A stretch of 64,000 nt of DNA from an uncultured Candidatus Saccharibacteria bacterium (GCA_964623775.1 CAZUVH010000004.1:12280-76279); one strand, 5' to 3'; shown: positions 1 to 9,351, counted from the first letter of the stretch. The notes: generated from the letters alone by a model not told the origin. Numbers and translations are program-made.

Positions 1-181
1 TGATGAATCTCACGAAATTATTCTGTCCTGACATACTTGTGACTGTTGAGGAAAAGATATGCTCGACGGGGGAGCTCATGGCCGCGTGGATATCTGGATT
101 TTGACGCAAAATAGCAGCAAGAAGCGTCGACCCCGAGCGGGGCAATCCGGCGATAAAATACGTGTTCTTTGCCTGCGCCAT
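1..181 (-). CDS. Sulfotransferase family protein (N-terminal part; gene continues beyond window start)
   Basis: Reverse-strand translation from the ATG complement at 179-181 gives MAQAKNTYFIAGLPRSGSTLLAAILRQNPDIH.... GLPRSGSTLL matches the 5'-phosphosulfate-binding loop of PAPS-dependent sulfotransferases. The gene lies 37 bp downstream of sat/cysC on the same strand. It is open at the window edge and absent from the ORF track. Confidence 0.5.
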   Translation of the reverse strand, partial: MAQAKNTYFIAGLPRSGSTLLAAILRQNPDIHAAMSSPVEHIFSSTVTSMSGQNNFVRFI

Positions 182-217
182 AGATGGGGCCAGTATACCT
201 TCTTGTCGCCCGGTTGT

Positions 218-1855
218 TTACAGTATCTTGAAAGCGCTGAGCTTCTTGAGGATGATGTTTGCAGCCTCAATCGCAGAAGTCTTGGTGGTATCCACTTTGA
301 TGTCGGGCGTATCGGGGATCTCGTATGGGTCGTCAATGCCAGTGAAGTTCTTGATGAGTCCCGCGCGGGCCTTCTTGTAAAGTCCTTTTGTGTCACGTTC
401 TTCGCAGACCTTGAGCGGAGTGTGTACAAATACCTCGATGTATTTTGCGTGCCTACCGATGAGTTTTTTGTTGGCGTCGCGCGCAACTTTATGAGGAGCG
501 ACAGCTGCGCAAATCGCGATACCGCCTGTTCGGGCTATCTTTTCAGCAATACTACCCATCCGCTTTACGTTGGTGATGCGGTCACGTCTACTAAAACCGA
601 GCTTTTTCTTGTAGTGAGCACGCACGACATCGCCATCAAGAAGCTGCACGTCTGGCAGTCTCATGTCGAGTAGTTTCTGATACACAATTCGAGCGATCGT
701 CGTCTTGCCTGCACAGGGAAGTCCCGATAAGAAGATTACAGCTCCACCACCCGGTTTCTTTACATTGCGCAGCTCGTGAATGACCTCGGGGAACGAGAAC
801 CACTCGGGGATCGGCTCTCCGTTCGCGAGCATCTCACGAAATTTTGTACCGGAGATGTGGAGCGGTGTATCATCCTGCTTGAGTTCGGACACGGCGACGT
901 ATTCTCCCCGTTTCTTTGCAAAGACCATTTCCGGCACGATCACGATATTGATTCCAAGTAGGTGCCCGGTTTTTTTTGCGAGTCGCTGAGCGGCATATGG
1001 CTCGTAAAATGGTTCCCCAAGGGAGTTTGCTCCAGGGCCGGCGTGGTCACGTCCGATGATAAAATGCGTGGCGCCATAATTCTTGCGAATCAATGCGTGC
1101 CAGACTGCTTCACGTGGCCCGGCCATTCTCATCGCTATCGGAAGAACCGCAAGGAGTGCGTCCTTACCGAAGTATTTTTTTACGACGTGTTTGTAACCGC
1201 GCACGCGCCGTACGTAATCGATATCACCCTCTTTCGTGAGTCCTGCGACAGGGTGGAGGAGGGCTTTTGCTCCCGTTTCGCGCATCGCCCGGCGGATTAC
1301 TTCGTAGTGGGCGCGATGGATCGGGTTGCGCGTCTGAAATGCCACGACTTTTTTCCATTTGCGTTTTTTAATTTCACTCTTGAGTTCGTCAGGCGAAAAA
1401 CGCAGTTCCTTGAAGTCGTATGAGTGCGTGCGCCCAATACGCTCAACAGGACCTCCGAGGTACACATTGTGTGTCTCCTCGAAAAGGTATCGCACGCCCG
1501 GGTGCTCAAGACTCTCGGTGCCGTATACACTTCTTGCCTCCAACTTCTTATCCGGCGTATACATGCTTTGTATGGTGAAAAAAGCGATCGGATAGCCGTA
1601 TGTATCGCACAGGACGAGGCATTCGCCGAGCGTATAGGAATCGCTCTCCGGCACATCGAGCACTATCGGCATCGGCCAGAGAGCGCCACTTTTGAGGCGC
1701 ATTCGTGCGACAACCGATCTATAGTCGCCCTCCTTCAAGAAACCTTTAAGGGGGGCAAATCCGCCGCAGAGGATTTGCTCCAAATCCAGCTTTTGTCGCT
1801 CGGTAAGTTGCAGTCGGCGGATATTGGTGGGCACGGACATGTCGGCAGTATACAT
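218..1855 (-). CDS. sat/cysC: Bifunctional sulfate adenylyltransferase (ATP sulfurylase) / adenylylsulfate (APS) kinase
   Basis: 545 aa. The N-terminal ~380 aa resemble ATP sulfurylase (QTRNPIHRAHYE..., GRDHAGPG motif). The C-terminus has an APS-kinase P-loop (FLSGLPCAGKTTIARIV) and the DGD motif. Confidence 0.85.
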   Translation of the reverse strand: MYTADMSVPTNIRRLQLTERQKLDLEQILCGGFAPLKGFLKEGDYRSVVARMRLKSGALWPMPIVLDVPESDSYTLGECLVLCDTYGYPIAFFTIQSMYTPDKKLEARSVYGTESLEHPGVRYLFEETHNVYLGGPVERIGRTHSYDFKELRFSPDELKSEIKKRKWKKVVAFQTRNPIHRAHYEVIRRAMRETGAKALLHPVAGLTKEGDIDYVRRVRGYKHVVKKYFGKDALLAVLPIAMRMAGPREAVWHALIRKNYGATHFIIGRDHAGPGANSLGEPFYEPYAAQRLAKKTGHLLGINIVIVPEMVFAKKRGEYVAVSELKQDDTPLHISGTKFREMLANGEPIPEWFSFPEVIHELRNVKKPGGGAVIFLSGLPCAGKTTIARIVYQKLLDMRLPDVQLLDGDVVRAHYKKKLGFSRRDRITNVKRMGSIAEKIARTGGIAICAAVAPHKVARDANKKLIGRHAKYIEVFVHTPLKVCEERDTKGLYKKARAGLIKNFTGIDDPYEIPDTPDIKVDTTKTSAIEAANIILKKLSAFKIL

Positions 1856-2983
1856 TCAACGGATGTATCTCAGGCATTGTAAGCGCATGCTCATGTCCTC
1901 GACTGTGTTGCAAAATGCGCGCGCATCGGAATATTGACCACGACCAAAAGCTTTTTCCGACAAACCTATTATGCAAGAATCACGGTCGCTTCCCGCGGGG
2001 ATTTTTACGCAGGCATTTTTTGTGAGCATCTCATCGCTGTCGGTAAACGTGGGAGGATAATTAAAAAATCCTACACCCTCGAAACAGTACATGCGCGAAT
2101 CTCCAGTGAGGAGTCCGCATGTTTTTATGTTGATAGCATTGAGCTCGGCTTTGTCGGTGTCCGGAAAGCGATTTTGTAAAAGTCCTTGGAGAAAGATGTA
2201 ACATTGACGCTCATACGATGCGCCTATTGAGGAGCACGGATACGCAAGATCCCCGGCGGGGAGAGGGAGTATCGAGCTGCTGAATTGTAGGGAGAGTCCA
2301 GAATTGAAACTCTCCATGAATGCTCCCGATAGGCAATTCACGCGACCCCTTTCGTGCGGCGCAATTGCGTCACATGTATCGAGACTCTTTGGGAGATCCT
2401 TTAATTCGATGTAGATGATATGTCCGATACCGTGACAGATTGCATTTGATTGCAGGCAGTATTTCTCTCCAATCTGCATGAGCGACGAAATGTCGGTGTG
2501 CGCAATGTCCTCCTCGGCGTAGTCTTGTTTGAGTTCCGACAGAACTGCTTGGCCTATTGCGCCGTGCGTGCAGCCGTTGAAACAATCACTGGGGCACTCA
2601 TCAAGTGCCTCTTCGAGGTTTCCGGTTCTCTTTACTGTCTCTTGGCCAACGACGTGCGCGACTTGATGACAGTGCTGTGTGAGCACATATGATTTTGAGT
2701 CGGTATTCACCGCGGTCAATGAGAGAATTTCTCGCGGCGTGTTTTTCTTCATCATGTGTGAAATGACTGCGTGCAAACACGCACCGGTTTGCGCGTCACT
2801 CAACAATGGCGATTTTTTTTGATCGAAACAAGCAAGAAGGTCTTGCGGGTCGAGTGCGGCATCTTTTTGCGATACCTTTTTCACAACAAGTAACACGCAA
2901 GCAATACTTGCCACGCACACGAGTAAAATAATTACAGCCCTCAATACCTTTCCCAATTGCATATTGCCCAAAAAGTGTACCAC
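1856..2983 (-). CDS. Cys/His-rich membrane-anchored protein, paralog A (unknown function)
   Basis: 375 aa with an N-terminal TM helix. It has conserved HCHQVAHVVG, CxxxCFNGCTHG and CHGIGH motifs. Its stop abuts the sat/cysC start, placing it in the same operon. It is a paralog of 3027..4328. Confidence 0.5.
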   Translation of the reverse strand: MVHFLGNMQLGKVLRAVIILLVCVASIACVLLVVKKVSQKDAALDPQDLLACFDQKKSPLLSDAQTGACLHAVISHMMKKNTPREILSLTAVNTDSKSYVLTQHCHQVAHVVGQETVKRTGNLEEALDECPSDCFNGCTHGAIGQAVLSELKQDYAEEDIAHTDISSLMQIGEKYCLQSNAICHGIGHIIYIELKDLPKSLDTCDAIAPHERGRVNCLSGAFMESFNSGLSLQFSSSILPLPAGDLAYPCSSIGASYERQCYIFLQGLLQNRFPDTDKAELNAINIKTCGLLTGDSRMYCFEGVGFFNYPPTFTDSDEMLTKNACVKIPAGSDRDSCIIGLSEKAFGRGQYSDARAFCNTVEDMSMRLQCLRYIR

Positions 2984-3026
2984 GCACGTATTGCAGAGGG
3001 TTGCGTGGCGGGAAAGTCAGCGCCGC

Positions 3027-4328
3027 TTACTTTTTCGTCGGAGCGGGAGTTTTTCCAAACAAACCATAGCTGTAGTCAGGAAACGATGTGCGCATGGTCT
3101 GGTAGTCGTTGAATTGCGCTAGACATTCGCTGACATGCGCCGCCGCATTGCACAGTCTGCCCGCTGCCCCGCTTGTGAAGGGCTTGCCGAAGTTTTGAAA
3201 CGCTATTCTATAACAGAGGCTCTTTTCATCGGCGCTTGAAATACTCGTGCAATAGACAAGTTGTTTTTTTGCCTGAGGGTCGTCAAGATGGAGCCGGTAC
3301 ACAACGCCAAGTATGCACGAATCGCGCGCGATCTTATCAGGAAGCTGGTCGCAAAGTGTCGCGAGATTCAGGGTCGGCCCCGGATTATCGTCCCGTACAG
3401 TCTCATACCTTGCGTAGCGAAAGCCGAAGCCTTCATAGCAGTATGACCGAGACGTGCCCGTGAACGTGTCGCAAACCGCTCTTGTCTCTTGCGTCTCTCT
3501 TGGGATGTCGCGGACACCGGCTTCCAAGTATTTTCCTATCCGATACAAAAAAAGATAGCGGAAACAGGAGCGCTGATAGGGTATCGCGATGTTGTGGCAC
3601 GAATTTGCGTACGTATCGGGTGTTTCCACCGCACGCGGTGAAGTTGTAGAAAGCAACGGGAGGAAAGACTCACCGAGCCCTGAGCCCTCCATGAAGACCC
3701 CGTCATAGCAATGGATTGGAAAGTTTCCGCTTATGGCGTCACACGCGACGAGTGATTTTTGAAAATTTTGGCTGTTGACGAAAAGAACATGTCCGATCCC
3801 GTGGCAGAGCGACGGTCCTGTGGCACAATATTTCGCACCGATTTCTTTGATGGTCTCGATGTCTGCGTGAGCAATATCGTCTGCATTCGCTTCTTGTGCC
3901 CCGAGATCATTGGTTGCCGCCGCAGCGACCACCCCATGAACGCACCCAGATCCACAAGCATAGGTACATTTTGAGAGCGCATCTTCCACGGAGCCTGACC
4001 GCGCGTATGTGCGTGTGCCGATTGTGTGAGCGATATCGTGACAATAGTCCGTGATAACTTTGTCAGATGTGGCGGATTTTATGTACGTCATGAGCGATGC
4101 CGTTGAATATGTCTTAAGAAGGCGATCTGTCGTTTCCTTCAGGCAGAGATAATCCGGAATCCGAATACCGCTCTCGCTCCTCGTGAAACAATTCACATAT
4201 ATTGCAGGAGAATTGTGCGCACGATCGTACCTCGTCCATGCCGTGTCGAGAAGAAAAAAAAGGAGTGCGCATATCGCGAAACACACTGAGACCGGAAAAA
4301 TGTACGCATTCAAACGTGTACGTATCAT
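3027..4328 (-). CDS. Cys/His-rich membrane-anchored protein, paralog B (unknown function)
   Basis: 433 aa with an N-terminal TM helix. It shares the YCHDIAHTIG, CGSGCVHG and CHGIGH motifs with paralog A. Confidence 0.5.
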   Translation of the reverse strand: MIRTRLNAYIFPVSVCFAICALLFFLLDTAWTRYDRAHNSPAIYVNCFTRSESGIRIPDYLCLKETTDRLLKTYSTASLMTYIKSATSDKVITDYCHDIAHTIGTRTYARSGSVEDALSKCTYACGSGCVHGVVAAAATNDLGAQEANADDIAHADIETIKEIGAKYCATGPSLCHGIGHVLFVNSQNFQKSLVACDAISGNFPIHCYDGVFMEGSGLGESFLPLLSTTSPRAVETPDTYANSCHNIAIPYQRSCFRYLFLYRIGKYLEAGVRDIPRETQETRAVCDTFTGTSRSYCYEGFGFRYARYETVRDDNPGPTLNLATLCDQLPDKIARDSCILGVVYRLHLDDPQAKKQLVYCTSISSADEKSLCYRIAFQNFGKPFTSGAAGRLCNAAAHVSECLAQFNDYQTMRTSFPDYSYGLFGKTPAPTKK

Positions 4329-4425
4329 GCCGAAAGAATATCACAATCGTTTTACGGTCACAGCGTGACGCCGATTTTCCGATCTGCTCCAAACAATCTT
4401 TTTTCGGCTGTGCTACCATGGCCGC

Positions 4426-4965
4426 ATGATTATTTTCGTGGGAGGTCTTCCGGGCGATGGTCGGAATTATCTCGCGAGCAGGCTTGCGCGAAGGCTGCAA
4501 TTACACCCGTACTCGAAACTCGTGAGCTTCCGGTACTCCTTGCCACCGCACGTGCGATGGATGCCGTACAGCGACACTTTTTCACAGCGCATGGTGCAAA
4601 AAACATCAATGGATTTTCCGCTCTTACTCAAAATGCATCCACGTACGATCATTACCCATGAAATTCACACGGCACGTGCCCGCGAGCTTCTGTTTGAGTC
4701 AGGGCGACGATTCGGGGACGTAATAATCGTATGGATCGAGACAGCCGACGAGCATGCAAGAGAACTTCTTCATCTTCAGACACTCGACGATATGCAAATA
4801 AAAAGGCGCCTACTGTTGCGTTCTGAGATGCAAAAGCAGCTACAGCCAATCACGGAGCCTCATATCGTATTCAAAAATACTGGAGCGCCGGAAGAATCCG
4901 CCGCGCGTTTTTGTGATGTCGTTCTAAACGAAATACACGTACTGGAATCCGCAACTGCAGAATAG
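4426..4965 (+). CDS. Hypothetical protein with degenerate P-loop (kinase-like fold?)
   Basis: 179-aa ORF. The N-terminal IIFVGGLPGDGRNY is Walker-A-like but lacks the lysine. It is divergent from the upstream operon. Confidence 0.35.
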   Translation: MIIFVGGLPGDGRNYLASRLARRLQLHPYSKLVSFRYSLPPHVRWMPYSDTFSQRMVQKTSMDFPLLLKMHPRTIITHEIHTARARELLFESGRRFGDVIIVWIETADEHARELLHLQTLDDMQIKRRLLLRSEMQKQLQPITEPHIVFKNTGAPEESAARFCDVVLNEIHVLESATAE

Positions 4966-5102
4966 GTGATCGTGGCGGAGTCCAGGCGACGAGACACGCG
5001 GGGCGCGTTACAGGAATTCATTGACACTTAATGAATTCCATGTAATAATACTGCTTAGGGAAAGGTCCATGGCGGTCCTTGATCATGCAAAAAGGTGTAA
5101 CG

Positions 5103-5351
5103 ATGAAGTTTGTCATGCTCGCATCCATTCTGGTCTCTTCCTTCGTCGGTGGTACGGCTTCGGCCTGGGAGGGCAGTAAATGCGCGTTCCCGGGAGCCCC
5201 CGCGAAGGGAGAGCTCAGGTACAAGACGCGCATTGTCATCCCAGTCGATCTGAGCGTCTGCCCCTCAGGGCGGGTGACAATCGTCGGCGGACGAGCTGCT
5301 CCCAACGGGCGCATACTCAATATGCGCACGTGCTCGTGCGTGGGGAAATAA
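5103..5351 (+). CDS. Small secreted protein (signal peptide, 5 Cys)
   Basis: ORF 5079..5351. AAAGGTG sits 6 nt before the internal ATG at 5103 (MKFVMLASILVSSFVGGTASA...). A rho-independent terminator follows. Confidence 0.4.
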   Translation: MKFVMLASILVSSFVGGTASAWEGSKCAFPGAPAKGELRYKTRIVIPVDLSVCPSGRVTIVGGRAAPNGRILNMRTCSCVGK

Positions 5352-5360
5352 AATCGATAA

Positions 5361-5393
5361 GGTCCGACAACGCGCGTTGTCGGGCCTTTTTTT
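5361..5393 (+). terminator. Rho-independent terminator
   Basis: GGTCCGACAACGCGCGTTGTCGGGCC hairpin followed by TTTTTTT. Confidence 0.6.
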
Positions 5394-5474
5394 ACAATGC
5401 AAATACGCTGGCATGCGCAGACGCGGCTATCCCAATCTCTCTAGACGAGTCTTTGTGCGGACTTCCTAAGTAAC

Positions 5475-5681
5475 CTAACGAGCATCGTTACCGTTTTGGT
5501 TTTTGTATTCTCGCCAAAGATTTACCAGCAGCACGAGCGCTGTAATGATCCACGCTGAAATCCAAAGATCGGTCACTATCGTAATGTGAGTATCCAAAAA
5601 TTGCTGCAAAGGATCAAGACGTGTCGGCATATGACCCGCCAGTTCTTTCAATACAATGAGAGGTGGTGTGGAACTCGACAT
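5475..5681 (-). CDS. Small membrane protein (hypothetical)
   Basis: 68-aa ORF with one hydrophobic helix, lying 8 bp downstream of the large membrane protein gene. No clear RBS. Confidence 0.25.
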   Translation of the reverse strand: MSSSTPPLIVLKELAGHMPTRLDPLQQFLDTHITIVTDLWISAWIITALVLLVNLWREYKNQNGNDAR

Positions 5682-5689
5682 ACAAAATA

Positions 5690-7060
5690 CTAATAGTGAT
5701 ACCAGTTCTGCACAGGGTAGCCAACAACTTTTGCCTCAGGCGGCACGAGTATCCAGGAATTGTGTGTGAATGGCGCGTAATCAATGTCGCACATATCCGC
5801 TTGTTCAACGATTCTGTAGAAAGGCCCGCCGTTTATTGAATGATCGAATTGCAGCGCTATTCGATGTATGTTCGGATTTTGCTTGCATTGGTTGCGCAGC
5901 TTCGACCACCATTCATACGGATCGCATCTATTCCAGGCTGTTCCCGATTCATACCGCATCTCCAGGGTGTTTTCCTTTGCGCCGAGCATTGTTGCGCGCT
6001 TCACGAGGCAATAGAAGCCGCCGCAAGGTGTTCCTTCTGAAACCTCGTAATCTCTATCAGGGTCTAATTTTTCGGATGTATACCTCGTCACGGTGGCAAT
6101 GCATTGATGATTTGCCTCAAACATAAACATGCCGTACCGATTTCCTTCGAGTGTGAGGTAGCGATCAGATGAGATACTGAACCCAAGCAGTTGAAAGAGC
6201 GCGACGATCACGACCAGACACCACCCCGCGATGGCGGCGCGCGTAAAAGGTGTCTTTGTGTGGCGGTACATCGGACCAAATAGAATAAGGAGAGGTGGGA
6301 GTGAGATCGAGGGGTAGTTATATATTACGAGGATCCCAGAATACAAATGAAAGAATACCGCAAATGCAAAACTGGCCCTTTGTAAAATCCAATTGCGCGA
6401 AAGCAAAAACCATGCGCCGACCACCTGCTCGAAAATGACGATGTTTGTCGCTATAGGGATGAGCCAATCAGGGAAAAGGGGAATACCGTCTACCAGGGAG
6501 CTAAAATATGTCCCCTCAATCCATGCGGGAGAGAATTTTACCGTAACCGACATGAAGTAGAATAATACGAACAGGAGTTTCAAAAAATATTCTTTGAAGG
6601 GAATGAAAAGAAGTGCCGCTGTGAGAAATATATGGTAGTAGTCGTACGGCCCCACATTGAGGTAATTGAGAGATAGCTCAAAAATTTTCCAAAGAAGAAG
6701 AAATAGCAAAAGCATGTGAGCGTGCACCCATTGTTTTCTCCACATGCAGTAGACGATAAGCAGCATGATTCCGTAGAGAGCCATGTACACTGTGGTGTGC
6801 GAATACCCGTACGGCAGCGCGTGTAATACGTAAAAATCGGCGCAGCTTTGGAAAAAAGGCCAGCACACGGCACCGGCATTGCGTGCGGCCTCTGCCGTGA
6901 TATTTGAGCGTATACTCCATACGAAGAATGTGACGAAAAAATAAAAAAGCATCGCTCCGAACATCCACTGGAGAACGATGCCGCTCTCAATTTCGTCGAT
7001 ACTGAAAATTTTCCGATATTTCGCCGCAAAAATTCGCCAATAGTGTCTGACCTTTCCCAT
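5690..7060 (-). CDS. Polytopic integral membrane protein with C-terminal Cys-containing soluble domain (weak HTTM/VKGC-like resemblance)
   Basis: 456 aa, roughly 9 predicted TM segments in the first 300 aa. It starts 3 bp after the SagB stop, making it the third gene of the copy-1 YcaO-SagB operon. Confidence 0.55.
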   Translation of the reverse strand: MGKVRHYWRIFAAKYRKIFSIDEIESGIVLQWMFGAMLFYFFVTFFVWSIRSNITAEAARNAGAVCWPFFQSCADFYVLHALPYGYSHTTVYMALYGIMLLIVYCMWRKQWVHAHMLLLFLLLWKIFELSLNYLNVGPYDYYHIFLTAALLFIPFKEYFLKLLFVLFYFMSVTVKFSPAWIEGTYFSSLVDGIPLFPDWLIPIATNIVIFEQVVGAWFLLSRNWILQRASFAFAVFFHLYSGILVIYNYPSISLPPLLILFGPMYRHTKTPFTRAAIAGWCLVVIVALFQLLGFSISSDRYLTLEGNRYGMFMFEANHQCIATVTRYTSEKLDPDRDYEVSEGTPCGGFYCLVKRATMLGAKENTLEMRYESGTAWNRCDPYEWWSKLRNQCKQNPNIHRIALQFDHSINGGPFYRIVEQADMCDIDYAPFTHNSWILVPPEAKVVGYPVQNWYHY

Positions 7061-7062
7061 AG

Positions 7063-7815
7063 CTAATTTTCGGTAATTGTCGCTGTACCGGACAATGTAT
7101 CCTGTCGGCTACATACAGTGATGGCATGCAGCGCCTGTTCCTGCTCCTCTTCAAGGTCAAGAAGCTGTGCGACTTTTGCGTCATCAAAACCCGCATACGG
7201 CCGTACATTGAGGTCGAGCGCGGTGCCGACGAGTAATATATTTTCGCTCATATGGCCGGCTTCGAGGAGGGCGTGAAGGTAGGCAAGATTGCCGTACTTT
7301 GCGGATGAGCGTTTCCACACGCTGGTAAAAACGATCAAGCTTGAAACGGGAAGCGTCTCGGGGTGCTTGGCGACATCTTTCATATTAAAGCCAGCCGGAA
7401 GATCCCATAGCCGCTCAAGTGCGTGTTTCGTCGGATTGTAATGAAATACGGCAGGGGTTTGTGATTCCAATGCCGTTGAGATGAGATATGTCTCCACGGG
7501 ATAGAGTCCGCCGCCAGACGGGTAATTCCGGTTCATCACGCCTGCGCGCTTTCGCAGCGCGAGGCCAAGCAATGTCCCGAATGTTTCGAGCGAAACCGGA
7601 ATCGCGGGGTCCCCGGAAAAGGCAGAGCTTCGATGTTCGAGCACACTGTATAGCGTCGTTGTGATCTGCTCGGGGTCGGGAAGCGGGATAAGCGGCATGC
7701 GAGCGTATGTCTTGTGCTGCCCCCTCGGCACGTCTTCTGGGCGGTGGGTGGCGCCACGCCTCGTGAGGCGCGCACCTCGTAATTCTGCATGCAGGTGTGA
7801 TAAAAAGGATGTCAT
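7063..7815 (-). CDS. SagB-type (McbC-like, nitroreductase-fold) dehydrogenase, copy 1
   Basis: Track ORF 7063..8016 is N-extended. The real start, MTSFLSHLH, is at 7815 and forms an ATGA overlap with the YcaO stop. The HRSSAFSG and NRNYPSGGGLYPVETY motifs are typical of SagB/ThcOx dehydrogenases. It is 62% similar to copy 2. Confidence 0.8.
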   Translation of the reverse strand: MTSFLSHLHAELRGARLTRRGATHRPEDVPRGQHKTYARMPLIPLPDPEQITTTLYSVLEHRSSAFSGDPAIPVSLETFGTLLGLALRKRAGVMNRNYPSGGGLYPVETYLISTALESQTPAVFHYNPTKHALERLWDLPAGFNMKDVAKHPETLPVSSLIVFTSVWKRSSAKYGNLAYLHALLEAGHMSENILLVGTALDLNVRPYAGFDDAKVAQLLDLEEEQEQALHAITVCSRQDTLSGTATITEN

Positions 7816-9257
7816 GAAAATGGGTGAGGTCTCTCGGCGAAAGGTTTTTTCAAGGGAGTGTACCCGAGAGCCTTGGGAACCTCGTGCCAGCGCGCTCCGC
7901 CAAACTGCTGAATCCAATCCATAAGATACGTGGGTTGCAGCTGCGGGATGACGACCATTTCTATATGCAGAGAGGTAGGATTTTTCGCAGATGTGCCGAG
8001 CGAAACGGAAATGCACTCGAACTCATTTTTCCTGCACCATTGCGTGATTCGCTGCAATTGCTGCTCCTCATCATCGTTATCCCATTCTGAGTGCCCGATC
8101 TCGATTTCCTTTCCCTGAATCAGAAATTCAAGTTTTTTGGCATTTTCCGGAACGCTCCAATAGTATACGCGTTCGCGATGCCCGATCTTTTCGACGGGCG
8201 TACTGTTATCCCACGTATTTCCCTCCTCGAACCATGAGCGACAGAAGCGGCGTGCGCGTATCGCCTCGGTCGTCGCTTTTTCAATTGCATAGGGGAGTGA
8301 TCGATGCGCTTTAAGGCCGATCGAAAAACGGGGTGCGCCGCCACTCAGATCTTCGGTCACGACGGCCACTGCGTGAGTCGGCGCATCGGTGGGGAGCTGT
8401 ATGACATGTGTCTTGAGTCGGTATCTCTCGCATTTTGCGACGCTCCTTGCGAGCGACGGAGATTGAGCGCACAGGGGAGCGAGCGCAATGCGTGGGAGAG
8501 TCATCTGATTGAGCCACATGATCATGTACGCCTCGCGCTCGATCACTTCGAGCGCGCCAGCAAGTCTCGCTCCGGATTGTGTGCGCCATGTCGCGAGGCC
8601 GTTTGTATTTTGCTGTCGGATCACTGGCTCTTGTGCGCCTCCCGGCAAATTACGACGTCGTATACCGGCCACGACCTGTGCCGGTATATACACGCTGCCT
8701 CCGTGCACTAGCGAAGTGCCCTGGATCCAAAGATATTCCGCGTCGGGGCGCAGCTGTCGTTCTGGGTACTCCGCACGCTGCTCCTCCGAAAATCCAACAA
8801 TATCTTCCGGTGGAACAAAGAGCCCCAACTTTCCGATCTCGTCCTTCGTCGCACGCGTCGGATTCATAAAGTAGTCGTCCTGCGTCATCCAGATATATCG
8901 CTCAAGCGCCTCGGAAAGAGTGGCGTAGAGCGCATCTGCGTCACTTTCCCATGTGGTACCCCCAACCTGATGATTTGATTCGTTATTACAAACGGCAGTC
9001 CAGTTTCTCATGGGCGGCTCATCAGGGAAAAAGAGGCTCGTCTGACCGAATGATTTTATGACCCCGCTTTCTCTCAAGAGTGCGGCGAGTTGTAGCGGCT
9101 CGCGTAAATCTGGGCGGCCAAACGGGATTTTTTGTACGTCGAACATGACCCTCGCGCCGAGCCTGTTCTCGACATAGTTTGCGAATGCTGCGAGCGCCTT
9201 ATTTTTCAAGTCGGATCCAGTGAGTGTTTGGCTGAACGGCACTGCATCAAAAATCAT
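7812..9257 (-). CDS. YcaO-domain protein (azoline-forming cyclodehydratase family), copy 1
   Basis: 481 aa. It carries the YcaO signatures ALYATLSEALERYIW and QQNTNGLATW, and is a paralog of 16149..17588. Confidence 0.85.
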   Translation of the reverse strand: MIFDAVPFSQTLTGSDLKNKALAAFANYVENRLGARVMFDVQKIPFGRPDLREPLQLAALLRESGVIKSFGQTSLFFPDEPPMRNWTAVCNNESNHQVGGTTWESDADALYATLSEALERYIWMTQDDYFMNPTRATKDEIGKLGLFVPPEDIVGFSEEQRAEYPERQLRPDAEYLWIQGTSLVHGGSVYIPAQVVAGIRRRNLPGGAQEPVIRQQNTNGLATWRTQSGARLAGALEVIEREAYMIMWLNQMTLPRIALAPLCAQSPSLARSVAKCERYRLKTHVIQLPTDAPTHAVAVVTEDLSGGAPRFSIGLKAHRSLPYAIEKATTEAIRARRFCRSWFEEGNTWDNSTPVEKIGHRERVYYWSVPENAKKLEFLIQGKEIEIGHSEWDNDDEEQQLQRITQWCRKNEFECISVSLGTSAKNPTSLHIEMVVIPQLQPTYLMDWIQQFGGARWHEVPKALGYTPLKKPFAERPHPFS

Positions 9258-9263
9258 GCCAGC

Positions 9264-9269
9264 ATCATA
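9264..9269 (-). promoter_or_regulatory. -10 box (TATGAT) 6 nt upstream of the YcaO ATG, suggesting a leaderless transcript
   Basis: Reverse complement reads ctgtTATGATgctggcATG. The same arrangement occurs at copy 2. Confidence 0.3.
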
Positions 9270-9322
9270 ACAGTCCGAGGACCTCCATGAAAGTTCTCGG
9301 TCCTTATCCCCATTGGATTTCT

Positions 9323-9351
9323 TTGACAGTCGGATGGATCACCACAATAAT
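9323..9351 (+). promoter_or_regulatory. Putative sigma70 promoter for the precursor-peptide operon (TTGACA-N17-AATAAT)
   Basis: TTGACA at 9323-9328 and AATAAT at 9346-9351. The ATG at 9364 is 12 nt downstream. Confidence 0.35.

Noticed and set aside
59-673. Plus-strand ORFs 59..673, 162..380 and minus-strand ORF 76..486 overlapping sat/cysC and the sulfotransferase
   Set aside because: They are antisense or out-of-frame to a well-supported bifunctional sat/cysC gene. The Arg/Ser-rich translations are typical of GC-rich antisense frames.
7063-8016. 317-aa version of the SagB ORF overlapping YcaO by 205 bp
   Set aside because: Copy 2 and the conserved MTSFLSHLH start show the real initiation is the internal ATG at 7815 (ATGA overlap with the YcaO stop). 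The upstream 67 codons are an artefactual extension.
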